NCBI GenBank assembly: GCA_036172245.1
Contig: JAYWIR010000027.1
Span: 434,001 to 498,000, forward strand
Reading direction: 5' to 3'
Origin: Raillietiella orientalis
Lineage: Eukaryota
DNA length: 64,000 nt
Shown in pieces: positions 38,220 to 50,500 of the stretch; the first letter of the stretch is position 1, and each line of letters starts with the position of its first letter. The notes under the pieces are model-generated. The model saw only the letters and a list, made by a program, of their open reading frames with translations, was not told the DNA's origin and did not search any database. Made by a program: the position numbers and the translations under genes.

Positions 38220-38327
38220 CATATACACATACATACACAAAAATACAACATACATTATATATATATATATATGTATGTATGTATGTATAATACATATGTG
38301 TTTGCTTATATGTGTGTGTGTGTGTGT
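38220..38327. repeat. (TA)n/(TATG)n/(TG)n microsatellite
   Basis: Directly visible tandem di- and tetranucleotide runs. Confidence 0.9.
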
Positions 38328-38404
38328 TCATTATGGTGTCGCATGCCTTGCGGGTGACCACTTCGCTGAGCCCGAGACTCCAGCACAAAGCAGGCAGCGA
38401 TGAT

Positions 38405-39063
38405 CAGGGTTGCCAATTTAGCAGTTTTCCCGCTAGATCTAGATTTTTGAGGATCTAGCGGATAAAAGTATTTGATCCCTCCGAGCGGGAATTCTAGCGG
38501 AAAGTTTAAATCCCTGGCCGCCGAAGTTTGCGGGTTTTTCTTGGTTGCAAAGGAAAATTTTCGATTATAGATGTTGTAGATTGTCTTTCGGAATGGAATT
38601 CCGGATATTTGATCCACCCCTGTTTCCATCTTGGAGGTTATGGCATCACATTAATAAATTGTTGACAAACATTGGCCAAAATAACCGACTTCCTTGTTAT
38701 TTAAATATTTTGATATTTAAATAGTGATTGTTGTGATGCAGAGGCAAATTACAATTCACAGATTGCCCGAACGGTTTTCTTTTAAAAAGCGGTAAACAAA
38801 ATGGCGGTGCGGCGCTCTCCCTACAAACGTATCGAGCACGTGCGTCAAAGCTCCACATCATAAATTTTCCGTGATCGACAATTAATTGTCTGCATTTTAT
38901 TTTGGTCTCTTGAATCTGAAGATTAAATGACATTAAATGATTTACTAATACTAATGATGATGAATTTCTAGGTATTAAGATTGTAGATTTTTCTTTTTTT
39001 GGAAAAACGCAAGTTTTCGAAGACCATCTAGCGGGGTTCCATTAACTTCTGCTGGCAACCATG
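38405..39063. mobile_element. Non-autonomous hAT-type MITE (659 bp)
   Basis: 11-bp TIRs CAGGGTTGCCA / TGGCAACCATG (1 mismatch). The 8-bp flanks GCGATGAT and GTGAAGAT match at 6/8, and 8 bp is the hAT TSD length. CTAGCGG motifs repeat subterminally at both ends. Confidence 0.8.
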
Positions 39064-40699
39064 GTGAAGATGGCGCGCGTATGCAACACATGGCCTCAAT
39101 TACGGCGCCTAGGGAACGGTCGTCGCGCACGAAGAATCTCCTTGCCAAGGTAAATTTGACTGACTGAAAGCACTAAAAGGTTTTCCTAAGGTGCTTACGG
39201 ATGGTGTATGTGTACAGATATATGTGTATGTGTACGATGACAGGATTTATGGGCTTGGAAGAGTTTTCCCCGATGAGAGAAAAATTGCATTCGGTTATTA
39301 ACCCGTTTGGTCCCGTGCCTCTGGGTGCCATTTAGCAAAACGAGGAGGAAGTGACGTGAACAATTAAAATCCGCACTGAATGACACCGAAATTTGCGCAA
39401 GATTACCGTTCGGTTGCGATTTTCAATTTGGCTTCTATGAAAAAAAGGCCGAGCTCAACTGGGGAAATTCAGTAAAGAGCCGAAAACAAAACTCACTCGT
39501 GCCTCAGGTTCGTCATCAGGCAAAGCTGCAAGGTTTCGGAACCGGTTCCCACACTGAATACGTCGGCACTCCGATGAGTTTAAGCGCAACTGCTGTAGGG
39601 TCTATCCTAGCTGCATCTGCGTCGCTTGGACTTTTGTTGCAGGGGCTTTTACAGGCATCGCCCCCTTAGATTTGCCTCAGAAGAATTTGCATCGGGTTCT
39701 TAACCCAGGACGCCACCAAGTCCTCGGGTGGATTCGGTTTCTCGCCCACAGGGCTTTCCTCGGGAGACGCTGCTGCTCACGAATCTTTGCCAAATAAGAG
39801 GAGGGCGAAAGAAAACCGAGGGGAGGAAGAGGGGACAACACAGGTCGGTTAGGTGAACAACAGCAGTCAATACAAAGGAAATAAAGCTGTAGAAATAACT
39901 TCCCATCCCATCCCAAATGGCACGCACCGCCGCATTGCTCTTCAGGAAGGATGAGGGCTGATCAGAAGAAGATTATCAACATCATGAGGATCACAAAGGC
40001 AGAATGGGGCTTGGAAATCGGTCCCCTGGAATCCAACTCTCGTGTTCGGTGCTGGCTGCGACCACTTACAGCTTGCCGTCTTTCCTAGAGGCAAGTATGA
40101 CCCTTCAAACGAGCGCTCTGGAGTGTTTCTGATAAGCCAAAGAAGATTCAGATTTAGAAACATCTGACAAGCAATAAGCAAATAAATGAGCTTTCAGGGC
40201 AGCGGTCCCCTCTACCCGGCGATGTGAAGCAAAGGCTGGCATTCTGAGAGGTTGACAGTGGAAGACGGATTTTTGGAGGGGACAGGAGAAGGAACAAACG
40301 CATTGCATTCCCGGAGCGGACGAAAATGGAAATCTCCCGTTTGTTTCTTCCGACTACTCGTCTCTTGAGCGTTCTTCCATTCGGACATCCCCTTCGTATC
40401 TGGGAACCCAAGAGAGGCCACCTCGTCGCTCCCCTCAACATGGGGGCACTTTCTTGATCGCGTCGCTGTGCTCACAGTATGAACTTCTCTGGTGCACTGG
40501 AACTGGCAACCTAGCCCGAGCCCACCACATCCGCTCTTGCAGTTTCAGAAAAGAATGATGAAAATGATGAAAGAATTGAAAATGCAAGTGCAAATGACCA
40601 TACAGAGATTCCCTGTAATGGGTGATAAGGGAGAATGGCAAACTATTTTACAGAAAGTTGTACAGACATGCCTGGTGCCTTATGGGTATTGTGCCGGTG

Positions 40700-43600
40700 C
40701 CGAAGCTTTTCCCCACTGTACACAACAGAGTTTTAATGAGGAACCCATATCAATTAGAAATCCATCTTCTAAGATTAGCTGTCTTCGTCTGTGCGCTTGC
40801 TCGAAAGACATCTTCAAGGGATGGACTTCGTCGGACATGGACTTGGCACACTTTTCCCCGCTTATTTCTCACTGATCCCTGTCTGCAACCTGAACACGAA
40901 CACTTCGTTTTCGCAGTTGTTTCCGTGTGTCTTCTTTTGAATACGTTCCGAGTCGCGCCCCATTCCTTCAAGGGACCACCAGTGTTTGGTCGCTTGGAAG
41001 TGACACCACAAGTGAAGAGCCCGATGTCCAAAAAAAACTCCGTCGCAGGCGCTCCTCCTGGGACGGCGTTCCACGTTCCGTTTCCTGGGTGCGCAGGCAG
41101 AAAAATGCTAGTGGTCCTCCAAGCCATGGAGAGGTGGGCCAAACGAGGCGCGTGGATAGCATGCAGCGCGAAGAGTGCCATTTCGTCGACCTACAGGAGA
41201 CAACGGAACTTGGCACTTGTTCGAAACGTTGGCGCCAGTCGTTTCCGCCCGCCGGTTTCTGTTGGTTTCCGTGATCGCAAAGGTGGTCCGGCGGGCGATC
41301 CCCACCGTGATCTACGAGCCCTGCACGTTGAGAGAATCGATCGGTCCCCTAATGTTCGTCGATGGCCTCCCCGAATGCCGGGTTTCACCCCGGACCAAGA
41401 GCTTTCTCCCGATGCAGTGAATAATGGTCTTTCCGTGCCATCGCTTGCCTTGGGAACGCTCGTGTGGAAATGCCATTACCATGTGAGTAATCGAGGAGTT
41501 CCTCGGAGCATCCATCGTGCAGTCTGGAGGGAAAACAAGCTCTTGAAGCGCCGTTACGCGTGACCACGTGACGTGGACATGGATCCATAATGCCTGAACT
41601 GTCTCCATGTGTCGCCGGTTCGCGGGGGGCGCGCTTTCCAAAGTTCGTCTATGAAATGCTCGCCATAATTTTCGCTTCCTGCATAAGTGCTGGTCTAATA
41701 AAACTTGGCTTTTCTCGCCTGCTGGATCGCACAGCCTTCCAGGATAATTTACAGGTAAACATCGCATGAGTGTGGGAGAGTTACTTCGTGGAAGCCCGCG
41801 GAATGTTCCAGGGGATGGAAGCCAGTGGGAGGTGGTGGCGTCTACTGAGATAGGAACCCTTGTAACATAGCAACTTGTGCCAAGAGGGAGTGCACTTTCG
41901 ACAAGCGTGGAGGTCAGGTCACACAAGATGATGCCTATGCGGCACCTTCTCATGACGCCTCTGCTGAGACGAGCAAACACTTTAGGCTGCTCGTTGCACT
42001 CTTTGAATGAGCACCCATTTTGAGACTAAGGACTTGGCTGTAAGCACTTGAAGGCTTCAAGTCTCCGTCTTTTTGCCGTTTCTTTCGTGTCCTGCTGGCA
42101 GACCACTTCATCGCCAGGACAGATAAACCCGTTCTGTTTTCCTCAGCATCTCTCACTTTGCTCTGCTTCTTGCAAACACTTTTTCACGGGTCGCCTTTTT
42201 ACCCACACGGATGGCCATGTTTGCCGGTTTGTTCCCCGAGCTGCGAAATTCGTGTCGGTATCCATGAATCCGCCAGCCTGCATCACTAATGCTGGTAAAC
42301 ACACATTGGTTTGTGAGTCCCGATGACAGTGTTTGGAAACCATGATTTCCATTTCGCTCTGTGTTTGATGTGTTCTCTTAGTGCCTGAAGTTTATTTCCG
42401 ATTTCTAGACGTACTCGTTCATAACGCGTGCATCTCGCCAGAAAGGAAGAAACCATCTTGGAAGAACTCTGCGGTTCGTTGGAATTTTGATACCTCTTGG
42501 GGCGTGCAGAAGTTGAAGAACGTAAAGAGCCCTGGTTAAGAGTAGTGAGCAGCATTGAAGCTCGATATCGAGAAGCAAGAGATGACATTCGATCTCAAGC
42601 AGGGGACAACTGGATGACGCAGGAATCGGACTTCTCTGGAACATGGCTTTTGCACGATTTTCTCGACGAACCCGTCCAAACGCGAAGACGTCCAACTCGG
42701 TGTAGGCAGTGTGCTTAGTTTGGTAGTTTGGAAGTAATTTTCGGTTCCGAAAGGTGGCAGCCGCTGCTTGGAAGCCGCTAAAGGAGTGCAGTATCTTCCG
42801 GAGGCGTTTCTGAACACATCTCAGTTTATCTTCGACAGCTCAGGTTTTTCTTCGAACGTGCTCACAATGTCTGCATCCAAATTTCAGCCTCTGTTCGAAT
42901 ACAGGAAAGAAAGCTTTAGAAATCCTTGGAACACCGGATTCCGTTTTGACACACAGCAATGCGAGTTACTGTGTTTTTATGCTCCAGGTAGCTGTTTTTG
43001 GCAGGAAAAATTCCATTCAAATGAAGTCCTACATGGAACCGGAAATAGGAGGCGCACCTGCAGCTCATTCAGGACTGAGCACTTTTGGTTTCTTATCCTC
43101 GTCCCATAAAAAGGATAGTTTCTTAAGAATAAGTGAAGTTTCCTTCGGAATTGAGAAGACTTTCCTCCTCCCAGGGTCACCGTTGTTGCAACTGCATCGC
43201 TGCACAGATCTATCTATAAGAAAATGAAGGGGAATTGCTTAGGGTTTGTGAGCCAGGAATAGGCAGTTGCCACTCCCCCGTACCAACTGCATTAGGTTCA
43301 ACGGGAAGTCGATGCCTGTCTGACTTCCCGGCTGAGTTTGAGGTATTATTCGGGAGAATTTCTGAAGATTCAAGCATGTGAATCTTTAGCGCAATTCTCG
43401 ACAGTCCTTGTTTCTGACTGTGAAGAACCCTATTCATGTGCCTGCAGGAAAATGACGACCAGGAATGCACTCTTCCCTCTGGTCTTCATACATTCGTGGC
43501 GCCACATTATGCTCTCCACGTTCGGTACCATTGCATTACCTGACTTCTGCACCACATCCACCTATTCAGCCCCATCAGGTGTTAACACCGTCCCGCACTT

Positions 43601-44050
43601 TCCTGTCGGACTCTGGTTTCTTCGCTGCTTCATGTATGGCCATCTTCACTAAAGAGCGAACCGCATCTTCCTTCACACAATCTTCAAGCTCACCCATTCT
43701 AATCGCGCGCGCTCGACTCAGCATGTATGCAGCCTGTGGTGTTTGTCACCGAGTGTCAACTGAAATCTCAGTTCTGTATCTCAGCGAGTTCAACAGCAGC
43801 CATTGAAGCAAATTCCAGAAGAGTTCACGATGCCAAATACTGCGGAGCCTGGTCTCGGATTTAGGTGGCTGTGACTTCGAATGAGCTCTGAAGAGTGTTC
43901 TGCCCAGAACGGTGCCAGGCTTCGCAGAAACGGGAGAGAAATGCAATTCCGTGGAAAAGCTCAGGAGGAGCATGCAGCTCTCGAAGCATGGAAGACTCTG
44001 GCATTTAACAGTAAGCACTAGGTGGCAGATTTGGAGCTGCAAACGAGCTG
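40700..44050 (-). mobile_element. Heavily decayed coding-like relic, possibly a Mutator-like transposon with SWIM and cysteine-protease remnants
   Basis: Scattered minus-strand motifs among stops and frameshifts: WSSFSCRHMNRVL (SWIM-like, about 43435), VRGSGNCLFLA (OTU-like, about 43260), and IDSLN and QQKPAGGND (Ulp1-like, about 41250-41340). Confidence 0.2.
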
Positions 44051-47000
44051 CGGAGAACTACTGTAATCCTCACATCCCGCCTCCTTTTAGGTGTGCTAAG
44101 AGCACACAATTTCATTTTAATTTTCGATTTGTAGTAGCATTTCATTAGTGAGCTAAACTAGTGAAGTAATGGTCGTTTCCTTGGTTCATCAAGCGAGTAA
44201 CCATATCTTCGTCTCTTCTATTATGTGACACTGGATTGCTGAACTTGACACAAAAAAGATTCGAGAACCACACAAAACCGTAACAGCAATTGCAAAATCA
44301 AATCCCTTCCAAAGTGAGTTTCCTCTTTCCTCGGGGAACGAAGAATCCAGCAAACACTGTTCAAAAGAAACATTACCAGCTTCCTTGTGAAATGTTTGTA
44401 TAATTTACTTGGACTTGCAATGTTGCTGCACATTAATCCTTTAAACACATATTTAAGGTCACCTTTTTAAGTTTGTCAAAGAAAATAAGAATTGAGATTT
44501 CCATGTGAATTTCAATTCACATGAAAATTTGAGAAAGAATGCAAATGCATTCTTTCTTATCCAGAATATAAGAGCTCACTTCAGACGGTCATGTGATACG
44601 TATTTACGGTACGTACTTTCCTGTATTTCAAACTTGACAGCGATGATCTCCAATGAAAGCCATTCAAATGATGATTTCGACGTAAATTTTCTACGAACTC
44701 AATCCTGTTCCTCTAGAAAGGGTCCCGTATGTTTGGCAGTAATAACGCAACTTCATAACCGCATACAGGTTATTTCCTGGAAATTTCAGTTATTTGCGAT
44801 TAGTGAACTTCAGAATTCCAGTATTTTTGAATTTTTCTTAAGTTAAAATGGTTTTTGGTTTGACCAATATACTCATCCATAAGTTTTTTTGTAAACACAT
44901 TCCACATCTGCACGTTGTGTAAATACCTTGGTAGTTAATAAAAATATGAGCTCATTTGGAAAAAAAAAAAATTAGACATAGTAAACGGAGACCTTGCTAA
45001 CTAATGAAAAATCTGGAATATTTGCCGATGCTGAAATATATATATGCTCAAGTATAAGCCTAGAATACATGTTCAAGGGAAGCCAAATCACCCTGTAGCC
45101 ATCGATAACAAGCTTTCTTCTTTTTTATTCTCGACGCACACTTACGATATAGTCAGAATTTTTTCTGTCAGTTCATTCAGTCTGTACTTTAAAAGAGGTT
45201 TAATTAGCGAGCTTTCATGCTGTACTTAACGAAGATTTCGGAAATGAGTATAGAAGGAGGTGCAGAGAGATGTTTCTTCTTAAAGGTATATCTTTAAAGT
45301 TTTCGTGCGCATATAAGTGAGGCTACTAACTGTAGCATTCGAAGGAGCAATTTGTAAAAAGAAAAAAAAGGTACAATGATTTAAAGTATTTAAGCAACTT
45401 ATCTTAAGTGGAAGCTGAATGGTAAAAGCTGGATATCCCTTTCTAAACATAGCCAAAAGTTATGTAGTAATCGATGAGCAATGAAAGTGTTATTAGAATG
45501 GATACAGAAATGAAAGAAGAAAAAAAAAAAGAAGGAAAAACATGGGAAAAACACAGAAACGAAACATTTAAAAGACTTCTGGAAATCCTGTGTCGGCATG
45601 CGATTGGTTGATCTACCTCCAAACAGTAAGTTTTACATCTGTTCCACAGATGCACAACATATGTACACTTCAATAGCTGCTGTGCTAGTGCTGTTCCTAA
45701 GTACTATTTGAAATGAAATAAATACAAGAAAAACACTTATCAACAAACAATGCAATGTCTGTGAATACTAAAAATTCAAATCATAATATGCTAGAATCGA
45801 AAATCTAGATGAGTGCAAGACATTTCACGTGGCGGACATTTTACGTTTTATGAGAATGTGTGCATAAGAAGATTATTCTTGAGATTTACGACAAATTAGA
45901 GAATGATAACGTGTCACAGTGCTCATAAAAACGAAAAGAACAGATAGTGTAAAATTCTTATTTGAAATCATTCCAAAATGAGTGATTTCAAATAAGTTGA
46001 GAGTTGGGCGTCTTGATTGTATTTGTCGTATGGCAACTCTTACAACATGGAATGAGGTATTTCAGCCAGCCGTGATTCTTTCAAAGTTTCCGTCCTCGAT
46101 TAGGATGCTGTCCGTGCGCAAAGCAAATAAGCATAAGGCAAGATATGCCATAAAGCAAATATATCATAAAATTGATCTCAGTATCGTTAAATCGTCATCA
46201 GGACATGGTTTATGAAAGAATCATTACTAGCACGTTTTCTTCTCGTCATCCTTAACGCATTGTCATACTTCAGTTTGGTCAGTACCATCTTCCTTCTCTA
46301 AGTTTCCACACAGATTTGTTTTTCACTATGAGCATTTCAATGATAAACATTTGGTAAAACACTGATACTTCTCTTTATACCATATTTATGACTTCAGGAA
46401 CCTGGCGTAATTTATGCATTGTCTTTTGAACAGGTTTTGTGGATGAATTAGGAATATTAGAACTATTAAGTTCGCAGTAAGGCATTAGTTAGTAATTTGA
46501 ACTTCCATTCTTTATATAGAGTTTCTCGCACATTGATTTCCAGAAAAATGACTGCTTTAAATTTTGGACTTAAATTAAATTAATTAATTAATTAATTAAA
46601 TTTCGCAGATTGTATATAAAAGGAATTGCCATAGTGATCTTGTTTTAAGATTTCGAATAAGTGCAAAATCAACTGAAAAACCAGTTTGAGATTATAATTT
46701 ACCGGCAAGTTAAGTTCGTAAAACGAACCCTCCCCCCTATTTTTTTTTGCTAGAAGCCAATCAGATAACCATGAGAAATTCCATAAATTGATGTTCGCTG
46801 ATCAAATCAGATCGTAAGAAAAGATAAAACAAAATCTGAATATTCATACATTTCATATTACGATAAACTTTGAGTTTTGGAAACAAGGATTTCTAGATAA
46901 ATGCTGTAAACTACTATGATAATGCCCGCATGACTGCTTAAAATTCTTCAAAACTACAAAGAATTCAATAAAATTGAATTGAGATGTCATAGGAAATGAG

Positions 47001-47581
47001 TTGATGAATCAACATACAATTGTCTTGAAGATTCCACAAGAAATATACATCAGCATTCAACAGATAGAGTCAACATTTCAGGCACAGTTGTATTTTGCAA
47101 ATTACTTCTTGTTTTAATTCATTACGATTTACACTTTTGTTCACATTCCTTCATGTATCAAATATGATACTAAATACACGAGGAATTCTTTTTTCTGAGA
47201 TGATCATATCATCCTCATGATTTTAATATTTTTTAGTTGTCGATGTTTTTTAAGGCTAAAGAATTCTTGTGAGGTAATTCTGAATTATTGCATCTTAAAT
47301 GTTCGTCGTTCCTATATTTTCGGAAAGCAAAAGTGCGGAATATTCAAGAAATCAAAACGATACTTTTTCATAACGAATATCAGTGTGCAATTTAAAACCC
47401 TCACACAATTTTCATATCAGCAAATTGCATTATTACGAAGTAGAACTGAATTTCTTAGAGCATTGGTAAGCCTGAATTATTGGCTACCGATTTAAAGCTG
47501 GTCCGCTTGTTGAAGTGATTGGAAATGATACAAATGTTTGTAATACAAGAGTTGTTTTAACAGTTAACAATCATCAGGACA

Positions 47582-50500
47582 ATGTATAGTTTAAACGAAA
47601 TGTGGGTATCATATAAGGAACTCAATCGGGTTGTTCAGAGTGCTGTTTGCAACTATGATGTAAGCATGAAGGCAAAGTTAAGCACCATTTTGAAGCAACA
47701 CAAGCCCAGTTTTCTGTTGTTTCTCAGGAATGCAGTAAGTACATGTGTCAGTTTTGGTAATTTTGAAGGTTGAAGTACCTGTATTATTTTTGACGTAATT
47801 TACTCAAAATTTTGTGATGTTTTTCTCAGTTACTCATCTCTTGAAATTTTAAAGCCATATCCTCTCCAAGCTAGCACATATGTATTGTTGCCTGTACTTT
47901 AAGAATGTGAGTGGGCTGTACTTTTATACAGGAATCGGCTGATATTTGAACAATTTGGAAATGGTTTGTTACAGAAAGAATAACAATAATTTTATCTTAA
48001 TGCTTTTCTCAATTCTCTTAAAAACTCTTAAGTGACCTCCCAACTCTTCACATGATTTTCAATCAACAATCAAATTAAGTTTCCAGTCCTAATTCCGTGA
48101 CTTCTCAAAACATTTCCTGTGACAAGTGAAGAGTATTTTTTTGGCAAATTTGTGGCATGTTTTGTTGAGGTGAAAAGTCATTGGAGTATTCAAACACTTG
48201 AATAGCCTAGTTCTGTGAGTTTTCAATTAATGTACTGAACAAGGAGTCCGAAAAGCAAATGAAGGATACAGAGTATGAAACCAGTATTTGGGTTAATTGG
48301 TGAATTTGTAGTTGTGAATACTCTTCAGAAGCAAATTATACGTAGTTCTATCTGATATTTGCATGTACTGTTTGGAACGGTGTTTGGGCAAGTAATGTAA
48401 TCTGGAGTATCGCGTGGTTGTTTTTTGTAACATTTGAGGAGGGTGGAAAAAGGGACATCCATGTATTGAGTTCTTCATTCATAGTTTTTTGATTTTATGT
48501 TCAGAGCTCAAAACTATCATTCCAAATACTCATTTATGTGTAGTTAACCTCTTATGCTAAAAGCTCAAATTGATGTGGAATCACTTTTCTTTTGAGAAAT
48601 TAGACTTAGGTAGAATAGGTAAAAAATTACACTGAGCTAGAACCAGTTTTGCAAGTTTTACATTACTTTTATTCCAGCAATATTTTCTTCTCTGTCTTTG
48701 ATTGCATTGATTGATTGGTTTCCCTTTATTAAAATTGCTACCGTTTGAGTGATTGTTCCATTGTGTCCAGTGTCATGTGTTCCTTTCATAAGGAGAAACA
48801 CAGAAGTCAGGTTCCCACTATGGAAGGTCACCGCAAATCCTTAAAAACAAATCTATTGACATTACATAAAATTAAATTGGTATCATTCTTTTCAGCCTAA
48901 GGATAATCAACAAAGAGAAATCCTGAAAAAAGCAGCTCATGAAGGAATTATGATATCTGGGTCTAATGTTCCACAAGTGTTGCCACAGAAACTTGTTGAA
49001 GAGGCTCTGATCTTGTCAGAAATGTTTGATTTGAACGAGATTTTATCTTTGGAACTTCTGCTTACAGGTTAGATCAAACAGTTTTGTTAGAATTCTATGC
49101 CTTTATATGGTCTTTTTAGGGGAAACACAGAAGGCTGATTTTCCTCTGTGGCCTAGTGGCCTCATTGCTGTTTTACTATACTATGATGGCAGACATGCTC
49201 TTGTCATGACTCTTCGTATGCTTCTTCAGGCTCATGAAGGTTATATGTGGACTTTACAGTTGCCTGAAGACCTTACTCAAATGATCACTCAATATGTTGA
49301 TGACATTCTTGAGGAGGGACTTCTTGAAAAAATTCTGACCAATATTTCATCTATGACATGGGAAGCTGAAGAGGAGTTGTTGCTTAGGAACCGTGCTCTA
49401 GGTTGTGCTCGTCACCGCCGACAGGTTCAGGACTTGTTTATGGACATCAGAATTGGACTTGGAGAAAGTGTGTTTTGTTGGGCTGCACATGGCAAAATGG
49501 GAAGAACTGATACTTTGAGGTGAGAGGATTGGGTTATCCATTTATTAAGGGCCATAAATGTTTCAATAGATTTCTGAATTACTTGTCTCAGTGGAATCCT
49601 GTTGAAAATTCCGATGGAAGTTTGGAGAATGCTTGCCTGGCTCTTGTTATGGCAGCTCTTTGCGCTATTGATGGAACTCTTTTAGAAAATGTTGATAGCA
49701 CAGAAGGTAAATGGTGATATTGACTTCTGTATGTACTATTCCTTTTGCAGGTATTCTTCAAAAACTTCCCCTCATTTGTGATCCAGAATTTGTCTCAAGT
49801 GTTCATCGGGAACTTGGTCCCAAATCTTCAGTTTGGAAAGTTTCTGGACTACAGGGTCTTATTCAACTAGCATGGGGCATTACTCTTCGACAGTTAAGTG
49901 AGCATGGCAGCAATTCAGGTAAGCATCATTTTCTAATCCTGAATCTGATTGTGCATTAGCTCAATGTTTGGAGGAAGATGAAGGAACTATTGAAGCTGCC
50001 CTTGACAATCGTGCTTTCCTTTATCTATCTCAGGCCATTCTGCGAAATCCCTATTTTTTCAAAGAGGTTAATTCTTCAGTTTTGAAATTGTCCTGTTTAC
50101 ATATGTCATAGGAATTTTATATACGTCGAATCCATGACTTGCTTACAAGTTTCTTATTGCTTCTACCGCTCAAAGTGAAGGAACTTCGGAATCAAGCAGA
50201 TGAAGCAGTCCGAGTCATGTGGGCACATCAACAACAAGGCATTCAGCCACCTGGAAATCTTCCACAGCATTTTCAAAATCTTTTAAAATGTATGGAACAA
50301 CTGTATCAAGGAGATCCTCAAAACTTGCACCTTGCAAATGATTATTGGTGCCCTGTTGAAGGACCTGCTTCCTTGAGAGTTTCCAGTCGCCAGTTAGGTC
50401 TTTTCAAATTCATCCGCTTAGCTGGTGACCTGCTTCCTCCACTACTATTCACTCCATACATAAATATGTTAACCAGTTTAGCAGATTCACCTTTAGCAGC

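Noticed and set aside
39500..39550. Minus-strand GAAAC...CTGATGA hammerhead fragments
   Set aside because: Only about 13 nt lie between the core halves and the base of stem II is mismatched.
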